A stretch of DNA of 62,340 nucleotides, the filler included, from Rhabdomonas costata (taxonomy: Eukaryota): assembly GCA_019059605.1 (NCBI GenBank). It is 31 parts of 31 records of this genome, joined end to end, with 100 filler letters (N's around TTAATTAATTAA, not from the genome) between each part and the next. Parts side by side here need not be neighbours in the genome. Positions count along the whole stretch, not along the records: positions 48,355 to 50,262 come from JAHMHO010007451.1; positions 50,363 to 52,275 come from JAHMHO010007452.1; positions 52,376 to 54,288 come from JAHMHO010007453.1; positions 54,389 to 56,301 come from JAHMHO010007454.1; positions 56,402 to 58,314 come from JAHMHO010007455.1; positions 58,415 to 60,327 come from JAHMHO010007456.1; positions 60,428 to 62,340 come from JAHMHO010007457.1; 24 more parts are not named here. One strand, 5' to 3'. Below the pieces are notes generated by a model. The model saw only the letters and a program-made list of their open reading frames with translations, did not search any database and was not told the DNA's origin. Positions within the stretch are counted from its first letter, which is position 1. The number at the start of each line of letters is the position of its first letter. Below are positions 48,499 to 61,153 of the stretch, piece after piece. Made by a program: the position numbers and the translations under genes.

Positions 48499-49778
48499 AT
48501 GACCACCACCATCCTGACACAGCCATAAAATCTCTGTTACTGCTGCCACCGCATTGTCCTCCCCTTGCGCTGCGCTGTCTCTTTCCCCCGTGCTTTTGCG
48601 GTTTTCCTTTTCAGGCTGTCGGGGCAACGCGCGTATGTAGTCGGCGGTTTGTTCGTTTCTACCGTGACCAGCCGGAGCCCGCTTTCTTTCGAACGTTGTA
48701 TGTGGGCCAACCGCAACCCTGGCGCTCGGAGAAGCAAGTCCCTCCCAACCCCGGTCAGTTGAAATGGCAGTGGGAGCCCGAGCACATTCCCACTAAGGAG
48801 GAATACGAGGCTTTCCCCAAGGTTTCCGTGTGAATGAGTTTCCTTCCTTTTGCTTAAGCCAGCGTCTTCACGAATTGCAAGTGCATGTGTGTTTTCAGGT
48901 GATCACGATTTTTGGTGGAAGTGGTTTTTTGGGAAGATACCTTGTCCAGGAGTTGGTCGAGAATTCCCCCGCCGAAGGAATTCGGGTGGCCACTCGGTAT
49001 CCTGACGAGCTCGCCCAAACGTTTCCAGGTCACGCCCCAAACAGCTGAATCGGTTGTTCTGTGCCTCTTAATTTCTGCGGTACAACTTGTCGTCATCTTT
49101 TCCACACAGCGTCGTGGAAAGGCAAAGTTGTTGCCGAATTCGTTGATATCACCGATCAGCACAATGTACTGGCGGCGTGTGAGGGAAGCCAAGGCCTGAT
49201 CAACATGGTTCTCCCCTTCCGGCGCCGCAGCGTGAATAGGACCCTTTTTCTGAACGATCTTTTTCCCAGTGAGGATCATTTTTCGACCATGGAGAGGGAG
49301 GTGCATATTGAATGGAAAGAAACAACCCTCTGACTCCTGTTCATTTTTCTGCCGCAACCTCACCGTACCTACCTTTAATCTCAGTTGCGGTTTAGAATTG
49401 TACCCACCCAGGGTCGCGCGCATTGGGAACTCGAAACCAGCTCAAGAAACGGGCTTGTCGACAATAACGCCACTCATTTTATCACATCAAATGTCTTGCG
49501 ACTTGGAAACGTTCCAGTGTCATTGTTGGGTTGGCGGGAGAATTCGGAGGGTAGAAGGGGGCAGAAACTTGGAGAACAATTTGGTCACACGTGGTGCGTG
49601 CTCCTACAGATGGGCATTTCCTACGAGTGTGAGCTGAGCTTCTACGAGGCCCACGTGCAGTCCTCAAAGTGGATCGCCCACTCGGCAAACACGGTGATGG
49701 CCAGCCGCGTGATCCACGTCTCATCCCTGGCCTCCCGCGACAACTCCTGGTCCCGCTACAGTGAGTCCAAGTTCCGCG
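48499..49778 (+). CDS. NDUFA9: Mitochondrial complex I 39-kDa subunit (NDUFA9, SDR fold), 5' part
   Basis: Exons 48499-48516, 48624-48821, 48899-49028, 49110-49207, 49610-49778: presequence-like MTTTILATRVCSRRF, VITIFGGSGFLGRYLV, LINMMGI, IHVSSL, SRYSESK. Confidence 0.8.
48517..48623 (+). other. Putative euglenid non-conventional (non GT-AG) intron
   Basis: CAG at +4..+6 and CTG at -8..-6; ends pair (ACAGCC/GGCTGT); removal joins the nearby ATG in frame. Confidence 0.7.
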
Positions 49779-50064
49779 GTATCCCCGCACCCGCTTCTGC
49801 TCAGGACGCTGCCCTCGTCTCCTTGGTTCAAAAAATGCTGTTGATTTTGGAACGCTTCGTGGGTGAAGCCTGAGCACCGCGGGGTTTGTACGGTTAAGTT
49901 TGTTAAATACCCCCCCCCCCTGAAAGGGCAAGACGTGTCACCGAGGTGAGTCTGTTGGTCTGGCTGTTGGTCAATGCCAAAGACCGGAAAGGGACAAGGC
50001 GGGAACCCGCCAAGGCGGTCTCTAATTCGGGGGGTAGGAGGAGGTGATGTTCATATTGTCTTGC

Positions 50065-50186
50065 GCTCCACGGCCCAAGATCCTAGATGCTTCATTCACA
50101 AGACAAGGATACCTGTGGAATTCCGTTGCAGTAGTCGCGGAAGCGGTTTTCGACCAGCTGGTCTCATTCCGATACCCCCCCCCCCC
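50065..50186 (+). repeat. Dispersed repeat family B, copy 2 (in the intron after the last NDUFA9 exon seen)
   Basis: Colinear similarity to 27025-27157. Confidence 0.7.
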
Positions 50187-50362
50187 TCTCCGTCGGGAAA
50201 CCAAAGAAACGTGGAAATCGGAAGCGGTGGTGGGAGAGTCCTCTATGCGGACTGCACCACCANNNNNNNNNNNNNNNNNNNNNNNNNNNNNNNNNNNNNN
50301 NNNNNNTTAATTAATTAANNNNNNNNNNNNNNNNNNNNNNNNNNNNNNNNNNNNNNNNNNNN

Positions 50363-51166
50363 GGGGGTGGTTGGGGAGGCCGCAGTGGTGGTGGAGGAGG
50401 AGCGCCGGGCATACCGCACCACGAGGGGCCGCACGGGGTCGATGGGGAAGTTGTTCAGTGCGGTGATCGCCTTGGTGGCCTGGGCCACCGTGGAGAACCG
50501 CGCCAGGGCGGCGCCCTTGCTCGCCCCACTCACCCTACAGAGGAGACAGGGCAATCCCCCACAGAGGTTCCAACGGCACAGTGAGCGAAAGCCCGGGTTC
50601 TACCGGAAAAACCCACAGGATACCAATAAATATGGCAAGAGACCCCTTCCGCTCCAGCACTGAGGGTGATGCCAGCGTCTTTTGTGTAAAAAAAACCTAC
50701 CCAAGGTATTCTCAGTTGCCTTCTTTTACTCGCTTTTGCACACCATAGTTACTGCACCAGAAAAATATGTTTTGCCAGAATAGGACAACATGGTAATTGG
50801 AACGGCACGTCATAATATGCAACTTCCTCAGGTCCCTCTATTTCAATCTCTCGCTCGCTCCACCTCCTGTGGTCCTCGGCTCAAACTTGACGTGACTGCG
50901 GGGGGAGGGTGATATGGACTCGGTAGCACGGTAATCCTTTCTACACGACTCCGAGAAACCCCTACACACTTGTCCCGCAGCACGGTGCACTGCACGTCGC
51001 TCCCGTAGCTTGCTAGCAGCGTGGTAAGATCCTGCTCCGTGAAATTCTCCGGGACGTTCCCTACCCACACATTCTCCGAGGGTGGAGCATCATCCCCAAC
51101 CACTGTGGAGCCAGCACCACCTCGAGGCCCACCGCTCGCCGGGGTGGCCGCAACAGGTACAAAAAT
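50363..51166 (-). CDS. RRM RNA-binding protein fragment
   Basis: Exons ~51166-50970 and 50534-50363, phase-2 join: NVWVGNVPENFTEQDL...VLRDK/VSGASKGAALARF...AITALN...PLVVRYA. Another RNP2-type segment (NLWVGNIPFEWTEDDV) lies at ~51750-51850. Confidence 0.85.
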
Positions 51167-53509
51167 CTGTGACCACCTGCATTTACACGCAAATACTTCG
51201 ACCCATTCAATTCCCTTTTAGCACATGCCGTCCATTTGCCTTAAGCGGTATCCACGGGGGTGAAATTGTTGGAGGTGCCCGAAAGTCTGTCTAAATCTGG
51301 GGGAGGGGAGGTACAAGCCCATCCATTACTGTATCCGTCCACATACTTAAGATGGAAAAGACTTCTTTTAAGGAGTAAAACTACAAACCACCGAAAATGA
51401 GAAAAACCGGTAATTATGAAAAACGACGCCAGAGTTTTGTCACATGTTGCGCGTGGAAAGCTGTACGCGAGCACGAGGCACTGCCTTTGCGGAGGCTTAA
51501 TGCCTGGTCGGATTTCACGTTTACTTTCCACCCCTCCCCCGCTTCCTAATGCTTCCGGCGAGTAACCCTTTCAAAGCTGGGCGGAGACCCATTGAGAGGG
51601 CTCAATGGCAGATGAGCATCGCGTTTTGGGGGATCTCGAACACTCAAAGCTCACCTAGGCTGGCCTTTATGGCTCAGAGTGACTCTCTTCACCCATTTCT
51701 TCTGCTGTTCTGCCTTGGCCTGGAGTCAACAAATCGATAGCACAGTGCCTGGCCGAAGAAGCACCGGACGTCGTCCTCAGTCCACTCGAAGGGAATGTTC
51801 CCCACCCACAAGTTGGTGCCTGCCGCGGCGGCAGCGACAAACTCGGGATTCCGGGGGCGGGGTCCACTGTGAGGGAGAGTGGGCGTGTTTTCGAATACGA
51901 CCCCCCCCCACACACACACAACAATATTCTGAAGGCTCGGGTGCGCCAAAGAAAATGCGAAAAGCCCGCAGCGATTCCAGAAGCTTCCGAAAACAAGAGA
52001 ATACAGGCATTCCTGCATCGCCCATTTTGGGCAGCCGTTTGCGTGTGGACCTTCTTTTTCTTTGACCTTCCTTTGCAAATCTCACAGACGCATCGGAACT
52101 GCGGTTCGACGGGCGGCAATCCGTCAGTAATCGCCGAGCGCTACTAATCATACTGTGCCTTGGCTCCTGAAACATAGACACACCTCTGGCATCTGGTAGG
52201 GGTGAGGAAGAATGCGCCCGTATGCTTGAACTACTGCACCGTGCAGTGCACGTGCGCATCGGAAAAACCAAAAAANNNNNNNNNNNNNNNNNNNNNNNNN
52301 NNNNNNNNNNNNNNNNNNNTTAATTAATTAANNNNNNNNNNNNNNNNNNNNNNNNNNNNNNNNNNNNNNNNNNNNGGGGTTGTGTGCAAACAAGGAGGAC
52401 TGTGGCGCGCTGTCCGGTGGGGGGAACCAAAAAGCGATGCCGCTAGCCGGCGCCTCCCATGCTTGTCCTCCTCCATTGTAGAGAAAGTCTTATGGTTTTC
52501 AGAATAGCATCGACCCCTGTTCCTCCTCCTGTGTTTCCTGGATGCAAAATCAATTGCGTGGGCGGGGGTCGGTTTCCTTCATCGTTTATGTTGCTATTTC
52601 TGTACCTTTTTCCTGTACGTGTGGGCAATCGCGTGGGATATGGCTGTGGTAGTCTTACAGTGGTACTTGGCATGTGCACGGTCAGGTGCAGACACCTTTT
52701 GAGGTTCGTGTAATTGCTTTCCGCTTCCGCTCGGGGTTAGCAGAGAAAGCGAGTTTGGGGTCTGGTGATGTGGCAACGTTCCGTTGAACTCCTCCCCTCT
52801 GCCGAACTGGAAACCGTAACACAAGAAAGGGCATTTTTCAGTTCGAAAGTTTGCATAAGGGGTGTATACCCCGTCACTTGCCGTCATCTCCAATTTGCGC
52901 TGGTGCCGTTTTTCCGCATGAAAAGGAAGCACCACGTGAGAAGGACTTTCACATGTAATTACAACTGCTGCGGTGGCAGCACACAAGGACCTGACAGCAT
53001 GCCATTTGAGCGGAATTTTCAGATGCCAAAGCTGACCGCAAGAACCCACAATGCCAATGGATTATCCTGTATTCGCTTCGTATGCCACTTAAACGGGTGG
53101 GGGGAGTGTGGTAACCTGTACCTCCTCCCAAATATCAATAGCATCCTTCTGCGCCATGATGCACGCTGTGCATTCTTCGGCGGTAAGTCTACAAGATATT
53201 AGCATTATAAGTTTATCTGCTTTTCTTGGAAATTGGTTGCTGCTCGTTTGGATGCACCTTGCTTTGAACTTGAATGGTATTGTCGGGCTGTCGGACTTTG
53301 TCGGCCCGTCCCCCAAAGTCAGTGTAGTCAGTGTCTCGCACAAAGAGGGGACAATTATTGATTGTATACCAGAGTTCGTTTTCCCTGTGGATGTCTTCCC
53401 TACCCTCCTCCCCCAACCCCAGACCCCGCCCGTCTCTCCCTTCTATGGGACAACACTCCATTGTGTTGTTCACGACCCTTTGAGGGGCCTTCCAGCATTC
53501 CTTCCGTAA

Positions 53510-53999
53510 ATGTGCTCCCTTTTTCCGGGGAACCCCCTGGTGTGCCCTTATGATAGCCGTGCCCTCGCCCTGCTGTGCCTGTGGCTTCTTGGAGCTCCTC
53601 TTGGCCTGTGCTCCCCCATAGTCTCGGGGGCGGATCGTCCCGACTCCCCCTTGAACTATTCTTCCTCTTCCCTGCCCTCCCGTGAGTCTTTGAACTCCTC
53701 GAGCTTCTCCTGCCCTACCGAGGCGCATCTTCTGTTGGGCTCCCGCTGCACTTTCGCTGCGGTTGTGGTGCGGAGCTTCCACCGCGAGGAGAAGCGGCTG
53801 CGCAGGTGGCTGCTTCCCACCCACCGGGCCTTTGTGGATTCTCGGAAGTACGAGCTTGTGTTGGTCTTCGATTCGGAGTCCCTGGCGGACCACCAGCTGG
53901 TGCACCGACTGAGTGGGGAGGGCCACGACCTCCGCTTTGTCTTTGACCCAATGCCCGCAATGAACTTCTCCGCTCTTCCCCACCCCTTCGGCCCAAGCG
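53510..53999 (+). CDS. Secretory-pathway protein, possibly glycosyltransferase-like (N-terminal part)
   Basis: Hydrophobic signal/anchor, Ser-rich stem, then AAVVVRSF...LVLVFDSES. GC-rich coding composition. Family uncertain. Confidence 0.45.
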
Positions 54000-54830
54000 G
54001 TATCGTGGGCTGCTTTGTTTGGCTGCTTTCTCGATCAGTGCTCCCCATTGACACACCCACACACTCAAACCCTTGTTTTCCTTTGTTTCTGTGAGTGAAT
54101 GCCCTCCGACGCTCTTCGGGTGTCCCCGGGGGTTATTGGGCGCAGTCTCGTCCAGGGTGGTGACATGTGTAGGACCACTCACATGCTGAAGTGCATGGCC
54201 AACGTATTGTGTAGAACCGGCATTTCTGGTAATTACAAAATACGTTGGCCATGCACTTCAGCATGTGAGTGGTCCTACACACACCACCNNNNNNNNNNNN
54301 NNNNNNNNNNNNNNNNNNNNNNNNNNNNNNNNTTAATTAATTAANNNNNNNNNNNNNNNNNNNNNNNNNNNNNNNNNNNNNNNNNNNNTGTTGTCGATAA
54401 GGCGCTGGATTGCTGGATTGGGCAAATGGCAGCTTCTGCCCTGAAGGAATTGGCGCGCCTTCGGCTCCGTCTTTCAGCGGCACGACTTTGTGCGCCAAGC
54501 TACGCCGGTAACGGGTGGTCAGGGGGTTATGCACCTCCACTCAGAGACACCCGTCCCAGACCAAAGGCAGGAATATAAGGCAAAAAGCCTTCAGAGCGGA
54601 ATGTCACAGACTATTCTCTCACAGACTATTCTCTTTGGAGCTAACCTTATGAAAAGTGGAAAAGTGTTTGGAAAAGTGTTTCCGAAGGGGTGCGACTCCC
54701 CCCAACCCTGCAACTGAAAATACAGAAGGTGCGCTACCTTAACTAACTAGAGATGAAAGCGAAGGCAGGGGGAGGGGTTATACACAAACAGATATTGGAA
54801 GAGAGAAAGAACATAAGGTACGCACATTAC

Positions 54831-56301
54831 GGTCTCGTTCTGAGCTTCCAGCTGGGCGGCCTTCTTCGCAATATTTTCCTGAGCGGCCTGCAGCTCCGCA
54901 GTTCGCTTCGCCAGCGCTTCTTCGGGAGTCTGGTTAACCTTGACGCTGCAAAGCCCCACCACGCTCACAGAGAAAACAGTCATATTTTTGTAAAGAGGGT
55001 CTCTTTTCTGCCCGATCCCTTTGTGTCCCCTCCCTTCCCAGGCCCTCAGTCACAGAGAGCTTGGAACCTCCGCAAGGTTGGGGTTCCAAACAAATAAGGC
55101 TGGTGTGAAAGTGGGTATATGAAAAGGGGAGCGATTAATTCAAAACAAGACGAGTGACGGCACGCCCTCCGTATGGGTTGAATGTTTCCACAATACAAGG
55201 CTAGTAACACCCCGAAATTGAGAATTTAGTATGTGACATTTCGAACAGAAGTCTTTTTGCCTCTATTTATGCCGGTGGTCCTTCGCGGCATCCTGTGGTG
55301 CGCCGTGGTTAAAAACTCTCAATTTACGGTGTAGCCTGCTATATTTTCTAATGCACGGGAATGATGAAGAGGAAATCGAGAGCGGTATAAACAACACAGA
55401 AACGCACAATAACATGCTGTCATACCAAAAAGTGAGATGCAAAAAAAAGGCAGCTCAGGTCACCCGCATATCTGGAAGGCAGCCGTATTTCTAAGAGAGG
55501 TGGCCTGAACTGAGAAGCTCTCAAATGCTCAAGAAGTAGTTACGGCATGTTGAGGTGTTTTACGACGGGTAGCCTTTTTTGCAGTCCTTTTTATGTCCCA
55601 AAACCACCCGTAAAATCAAATTTTTTTGGTTTCGGATTCCCAATTATCATCTTAAGGTGGTAGTCGGACAATATTTGACTGGGCAGCGAGAGGGGTGGGG
55701 GCAACTGGGAAACCATTCTTTTCCGTGCTAGCGACTTTTAACTGAGCCGCGTTTCCCCGTGCCTGCCACAGAAATGGACCACGCGTGTACAGGTGCGGTT
55801 CACAGATGACCCCTTTTCTTGCAGTGCAATTCTTGCTGGGGAAGAAGCAGTCCTGGGTTCAATCGCAATCCCCACAACAGCAATAATGGGCCTTGTAAAG
55901 CAGCGTGTGTACTGTGCAAATAGTGCTCCACTAATAAAACATTTGTATGAAATCCCATTCTCAAAGAGACTGTGAGCGGAAATTACAAGTACCGCTACAA
56001 TGCCCCCCCCCCCTGCCTCAACTCTCCCATTCAAGTTTCAATGGTACAAAATCCTATTCAAAATCCTATTCATGTACATCGAAGAGGCCAAAAAATTAAG
56101 TGCCAAATTTGAGCGTTTCTGGGGGAGGTTTTTTTGTTCAAAGCTACTTCACAAAGTCCCCAGTGGAGGGGATGGTGCGGATACGGATAAAAAGACGACC
56201 AAAACAGATTAAAAGTCTGAACCTCTCCAGGGCCTCCAGGACTTTCTTCAGCCGCGCCTGCTCCGCGGTAGATTCCGCGAGGGCCTGCCGAAGTCTCGCC
56301 A
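54831..56301 (-). CDS. Coiled-coil protein, two exons
   Basis: Exons 56301-56223 and 54945-54831 join in phase 2: RLRQALAESTAEQARLKKVLEALES/VKVNQTPEEALAKRTAELQAAQENIAKK. Confidence 0.55.
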
Positions 56302-57613
56302 NNNNNNNNNNNNNNNNNNNNNNNNNNNNNNNNNNNNNNNNNNNNTTAATTAATTAANNNNNNNNNNNNNNNNNNNNNNNNNNNNNNNNNNNNNNNNNNN
56401 NATGAAGTGTTTGTGCCCCCACAGTGTCATACTCATGTCAGAATGGCGGTAAATAGTATCAGCTGCATTCCCTTCGAACCTTTTGAGAGGGTCTTGTGAG
56501 GGTCTGCCTTCCTCCTCAGAACCGGATTAGGCGAAAAATCTGCAAGACCCGTGCACTTTGAGTTATTTAAAAGCGAAGGGGAAAGCAGCAAGGCCACTCC
56601 AATGGCGGCATAGACCCACTTATACCACTTATGCCGTCATTTGCCAATGCCGACCAGGCATCGCAGACACTGTTTGGGCTGCTGAACTGGATAATCCGTT
56701 TACGTCAAGCAGGAATCAAATAGTATATGACCGTGCTGAGGACAAACGGAGTTTAACGCCACAACCTACCAAACAAAACGATGGTATACCGAGTGGGAAA
56801 ACGTTACTCAGCACAAGATGGGGGGCCACGTTCGCCCCTCGGTTCGGGCCTTCCGCCTGTGTTGGTAGGGAAAAAAAAGCACACACAGTGCACGTTTTTC
56901 TATGTAAAAAAGCGATAACCCGCTGCTTCGAGCTCAACTTAAAGCTCACACTCCGGCCATGGAAAAACCACATGCGCTGAACACCCACGTGTAAATAGCT
57001 GCAAGTTGAAGCAGAGAAAGCCCTGCTCACGTGGAATTAAGCGAAGGTTTATGTGGGAACTCGGCAACTCCACCCACATCCAATGGAAAACCAAAACGTT
57101 CCAGACCGACCCTTTATGCTCTTTTCCTCAAAAACATTCTGAAATATCGGCTCAAAAGGGCTATGCTACCCGACCACTCAGCATATATCACAATGTTCCG
57201 CTGGACTAACCCTCACTTTCTTTGCATCCCAAGTGATAAAAGTCGATGCCGTTGTCCCGCAATTCTCGCAGGAGATTTCGAACAAACAAAGGGTGATGCA
57301 CGGCCCTCATTGATTGCGGTTGAAAAGCAAACGCCGATTGGAGGCGACACGCATGTCCCGCTGTCCCGTAGCCATACACAAGATTGTCCTCCAGGGCATG
57401 CGAAAAAGTCACACACCAAAACAGTTCACCATCAAACGCTGTTTACCTCAGCACTCACGGGGCCTCCATTAACCACAAGCACCCATTCAACCCCATACAA
57501 AAAAGAACTGGGACCTACGGGAACAACCAATATCATAAACCCGGCTCTGAACACAGAAACATGACAGAAATCCAGTTTCTCGTCACATGGCACACCGGCA
57601 AAAGCGTAAGCAC

Positions 57614-57822
57614 CGTCGAGGCCCTCGAGGCGTTCTCGCGAAGCCACACAAGCCTCTCCGCGACTTTGATGTGGTGGAAGTTAAAGCTGTGCCGGGAGAA
57701 GGGCTGCCGCAGCTGCCGCGACGTGCTCACCTGCTGGCTGTGCCGCCGGACCAGCCGCTCGGGGATCAGCACAAACACGAACGAGAATGTGGAGTACTCC
57801 AACACCCGAGTCTTCAGACACC
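57614..57822 (-). CDS. GDP-hexose phosphorylase (GDPGP1/VTC2 family)-like exon
   Basis: LKTRVLEYSTFSFVFVLIPERLVRR...LRQPFSRHSFNFHHIKVAERL resembles the family's T..l.G...FvaqLN..R..+R...v.Q.Fd...FNF.ki...E.L segment. A possible next exon (VLVVNGGPV, ~57500-57446) could not be joined cleanly. Confidence 0.6.
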
Positions 57823-59864
57823 CTAAGCAACGCACCGCACCCGAACCCCAGCCATAGCACAGAAAATTTGCACTGCGAATCGAAAGTCAGGCCTTTTGCA
57901 ACTTACACAGTGGAACACACACAACCCACATTCACAGGCAATGGGAAGCATGTCCCGAAAGCTGATAAAAAAGTTCCTGTATCCAGACGGCTACATGGCC
58001 TTGTGTTAAAATGGATTCAAAAAATAAACAAAGGCGCATCCCTTGGCAAAGTGCAGGCTCGACATTGTAACTCCATACCATACCATACCATATTTTTCGA
58101 ATCAGCCAAAGCTACCCAAAAGGCACATCCAAAGGGGGGGCCAAAGAGTCCATACCCCAGGTCAGTGTTGCTGTCGGCCCTCCCTTTGGATGTGCCTTTT
58201 GTGTAGCGGCGCTATTCAGCCGTGAGTAGCGTTCGCCAATCAACCATGCGGATAAAAATGTTTTCCATCGCGCGGCCTGAGCCAAACCTGAGCGCCATAT
58301 ACATACACCCAACANNNNNNNNNNNNNNNNNNNNNNNNNNNNNNNNNNNNNNNNNNNNTTAATTAATTAANNNNNNNNNNNNNNNNNNNNNNNNNNNNNN
58401 NNNNNNNNNNNNNNGGTGTGGGGGGGGTACTGTGCAGTTTGGCAATGCCAGCTAAGACCAGCTTTGCTTGTTCACTGATGGTTATGCTTCAGCCCTGAAG
58501 ACTCACAAGACTTGGTACATCAGCTGCAACGTGGACCCTCCCAAGCCGAACCTTCAACCCGCTGTCGAGCGGAGGCTGCTGGAAGAGCTGAGGACGCTTC
58601 AGCTGATGTGATACCTCACGCTTTCTTGGCTGTGCTCGTAAATCCGCCCCTGTCAATGAGGAAAGTACGACGGATGCAAGAATGCATCTGGTGCCTGTGG
58701 ACTTGTATGGTGCGGAGTGGTTGCACTTCGCTTCTTCTGGAGCACAAAAGAGGAGATGAATTCTTTGCGGAGATTAGTGTTGGATGGAAAATCTAATTGC
58801 AAAATTGAAATTGGTTACTTGTGTTTATGTTTGCAGCAAGGTGTACCTTTTTCCGGTATGTTTGCTGGTGGTTGAGAGTTGTCAAAGAAACACTGGGAAA
58901 CGTCACAGCCAACTTCCAACTTTGACCCTTCTCAGGATTCCCAGGACTCGACTGCTTTCCCCCCCATCCTATTCTGACATTGCGACTTCTAATGGTGACA
59001 TGTTGTGCAGCGAGGAGGGTGCCTCAACAAATTGTCTCTCACTCGACTCACTTGCTCTCAGCACCCCCCTCACTCGCCCCCTTCTCTCTGTTTCAGACTT
59101 CTCTCGCAGCCTCAGAGCAATTAAATGGGCACTGATTGTTATTGTGGACGAGACAATGCACCACATGACGGAAAGAGAACTTGCGCCTTTTTTCTTTGTA
59201 CACAGGCTATCGCTGTGGATTTCCTTTGATTTCTGAAATTGTTCGGCGATATATACTTATCGGTTCTTTCTTTTTCCTTCTGCGGCTTCCTCTCTTCTTC
59301 CTTAATGGCTTCTCAATGACCTGAAGGCGCCATGAAGTAGAGTGGGAGCCACGGCTCGTCCTCTTGCCTCAGGGCGTCAAACTCTGGACTAATCTTGCTT
59401 GCGCTGCGGTGCAGAAGCACAGAAGAGAGGCAGGCGCGCCTCGTTCTTGCGGCCCTTCGGCTGCAATGGAAGGCCGGGGTGGAGGTCCTACAAAGGTGAA
59501 GCTGTCCACCTCTCTCACCTCTCGACTTGCTCGAACCTTAGATCAGTCAGATTAGTAGGCCTCACTTTCTCTCACTTTGCCCCCCCCCTCTCTCGCTCGC
59601 TTTTTTCACTGTGTTCCATGAATTTGGTTTGGGTGGGTGGATGTTAGGCAGCATTTTCTCATATGTGGGTGTCTGCCTTCTTTCCTACTTCCCTTCTCAT
59701 TCTTCCGCAGCGACCTTCGCATAAGGTTTATCGCGTGGATTCGATCCTTGGGAGTTCTTGCCAACCCATCGTCCAATTTTCTCCCTCGCAGGACGCAAGC
59801 AACGAAGGCACAGAGCATCCGTATGTCCCTCGGCACCCCTTTGGCCCCTTTTTCTCCCGCCTAT

Positions 59865-59945
59865 TTTTTTGAATTGCTGACGGGGACTAATGTCGTTTAC
59901 GCGTTTGTCGTAAACAACATTAGTTCCCGTCAGCAATTCAAAAAA
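59865..59945. repeat. Inverted repeat / hairpin, 37-bp arms, 2 mismatches, 7-nt loop
   Basis: ttttttgaattgctgacggggactaatgtcgtttacg / cgtaaacaacattagttcccgtcagcaattcaaaaaa. Confidence 0.9.
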
Positions 59946-61153
59946 CGCTCACCGTGTTCAGTGGGCTTTTGAGATTTCCTAGAGGCAGCGCTGATTTCAT
60001 GGGAAATGTTCATCTCGTGTGAGGATAATAAACCTGTCTCCTGCAGGGGGGGGGGTTCCCTCTTGCAGAGGTGGCAGTCCTGGAGGAGGTGTGCCTTCTT
60101 CCGAGAATCCTCCGAGAAGCTCCTCGCGGACCATGTCTAAGGAGGACCCGGTGCTGGCCATAGTCCTGAGCGCAGCAGAGGTTTTGCCGAGGAGGACTCA
60201 CTGAGTCACCTCATCATGTTGCTCAATCCCTCTGCCTGTTTTTGATGTCAGGGCGCAGTGTGAATGCGAGATACACGCGCATTCATAAAAAAACCTGCAC
60301 GCTCTTGCTTCGTTTTTACCAACAACCNNNNNNNNNNNNNNNNNNNNNNNNNNNNNNNNNNNNNNNNNNNNTTAATTAATTAANNNNNNNNNNNNNNNNN
60401 NNNNNNNNNNNNNNNNNNNNNNNNNNNGGTTTTTTTTCATTTCAATTCGCCGGGCTTTTGGCGCCCCTCAGACGCACGCTCTGTGAAAAGGATGGCGACC
60501 CCACCGCACCTGTCGCTTGCGTTGTCGGGGTTGGCTATTTTCTGTGCTTCTAAAGAAAGAGCTGCGGTGGATTGCCGCGCGAAATTGCTGGAGTTGTCGG
60601 AGGTGGGGGTGAGTTGCCGGTCACTTTCCAAGGTCTGCAAGGGCGGCAGAATAGCTGTGTTTTGTTGGCGTCGTCCGGGGGCTGTTGTTTACTCCTCAAA
60701 TTACTCACTCACCTCTACTAACCACAGCGCTTTCTTCTTACAGGGGCACCCGAACCGAATCAGATAAGGAATAGCAGTTCGCGAAACAAATGAGCTGTTG
60801 CCATCCCAGTGCTTCACAATGAAGCAATGCCAGAAGGAAGTGTGTCATGTTTTGTCTGGGAATTGGGGACTGTGAGAAGACTGATCTCGGTTTTACCGAC
60901 CTGACGGCACACACCTGTCAGGAAACAAACAGCCACGCATGCCTGTCCTGTACCTCTCATTACATTGTTGTTCTCCATCTGCTTTCATTACCTCCCTACC
61001 GGTGCGTCCCATCGCCTCCCATCGCCTTTGCCTTTCAGGGTTTCTCCTCAGTCCTTTTACTGAAAGGCCCGAGAAAAGCAAAAGAGCAGAAAGAAGAGAA
61101 AGAGAGAGCTAAATAAAAAGAAGTAGGCCAGAAAGGTGCGCAAAACCCCGCCA

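Noticed and set aside
1915..60427. Regularly spaced TTAATTAATTAA palindrome as a CRISPR-like or biological repeat
   Set aside because: It sits inside fixed N44 flanks and is an assembly spacer. ORFs ending in X-runs or LIN are artefacts of it.
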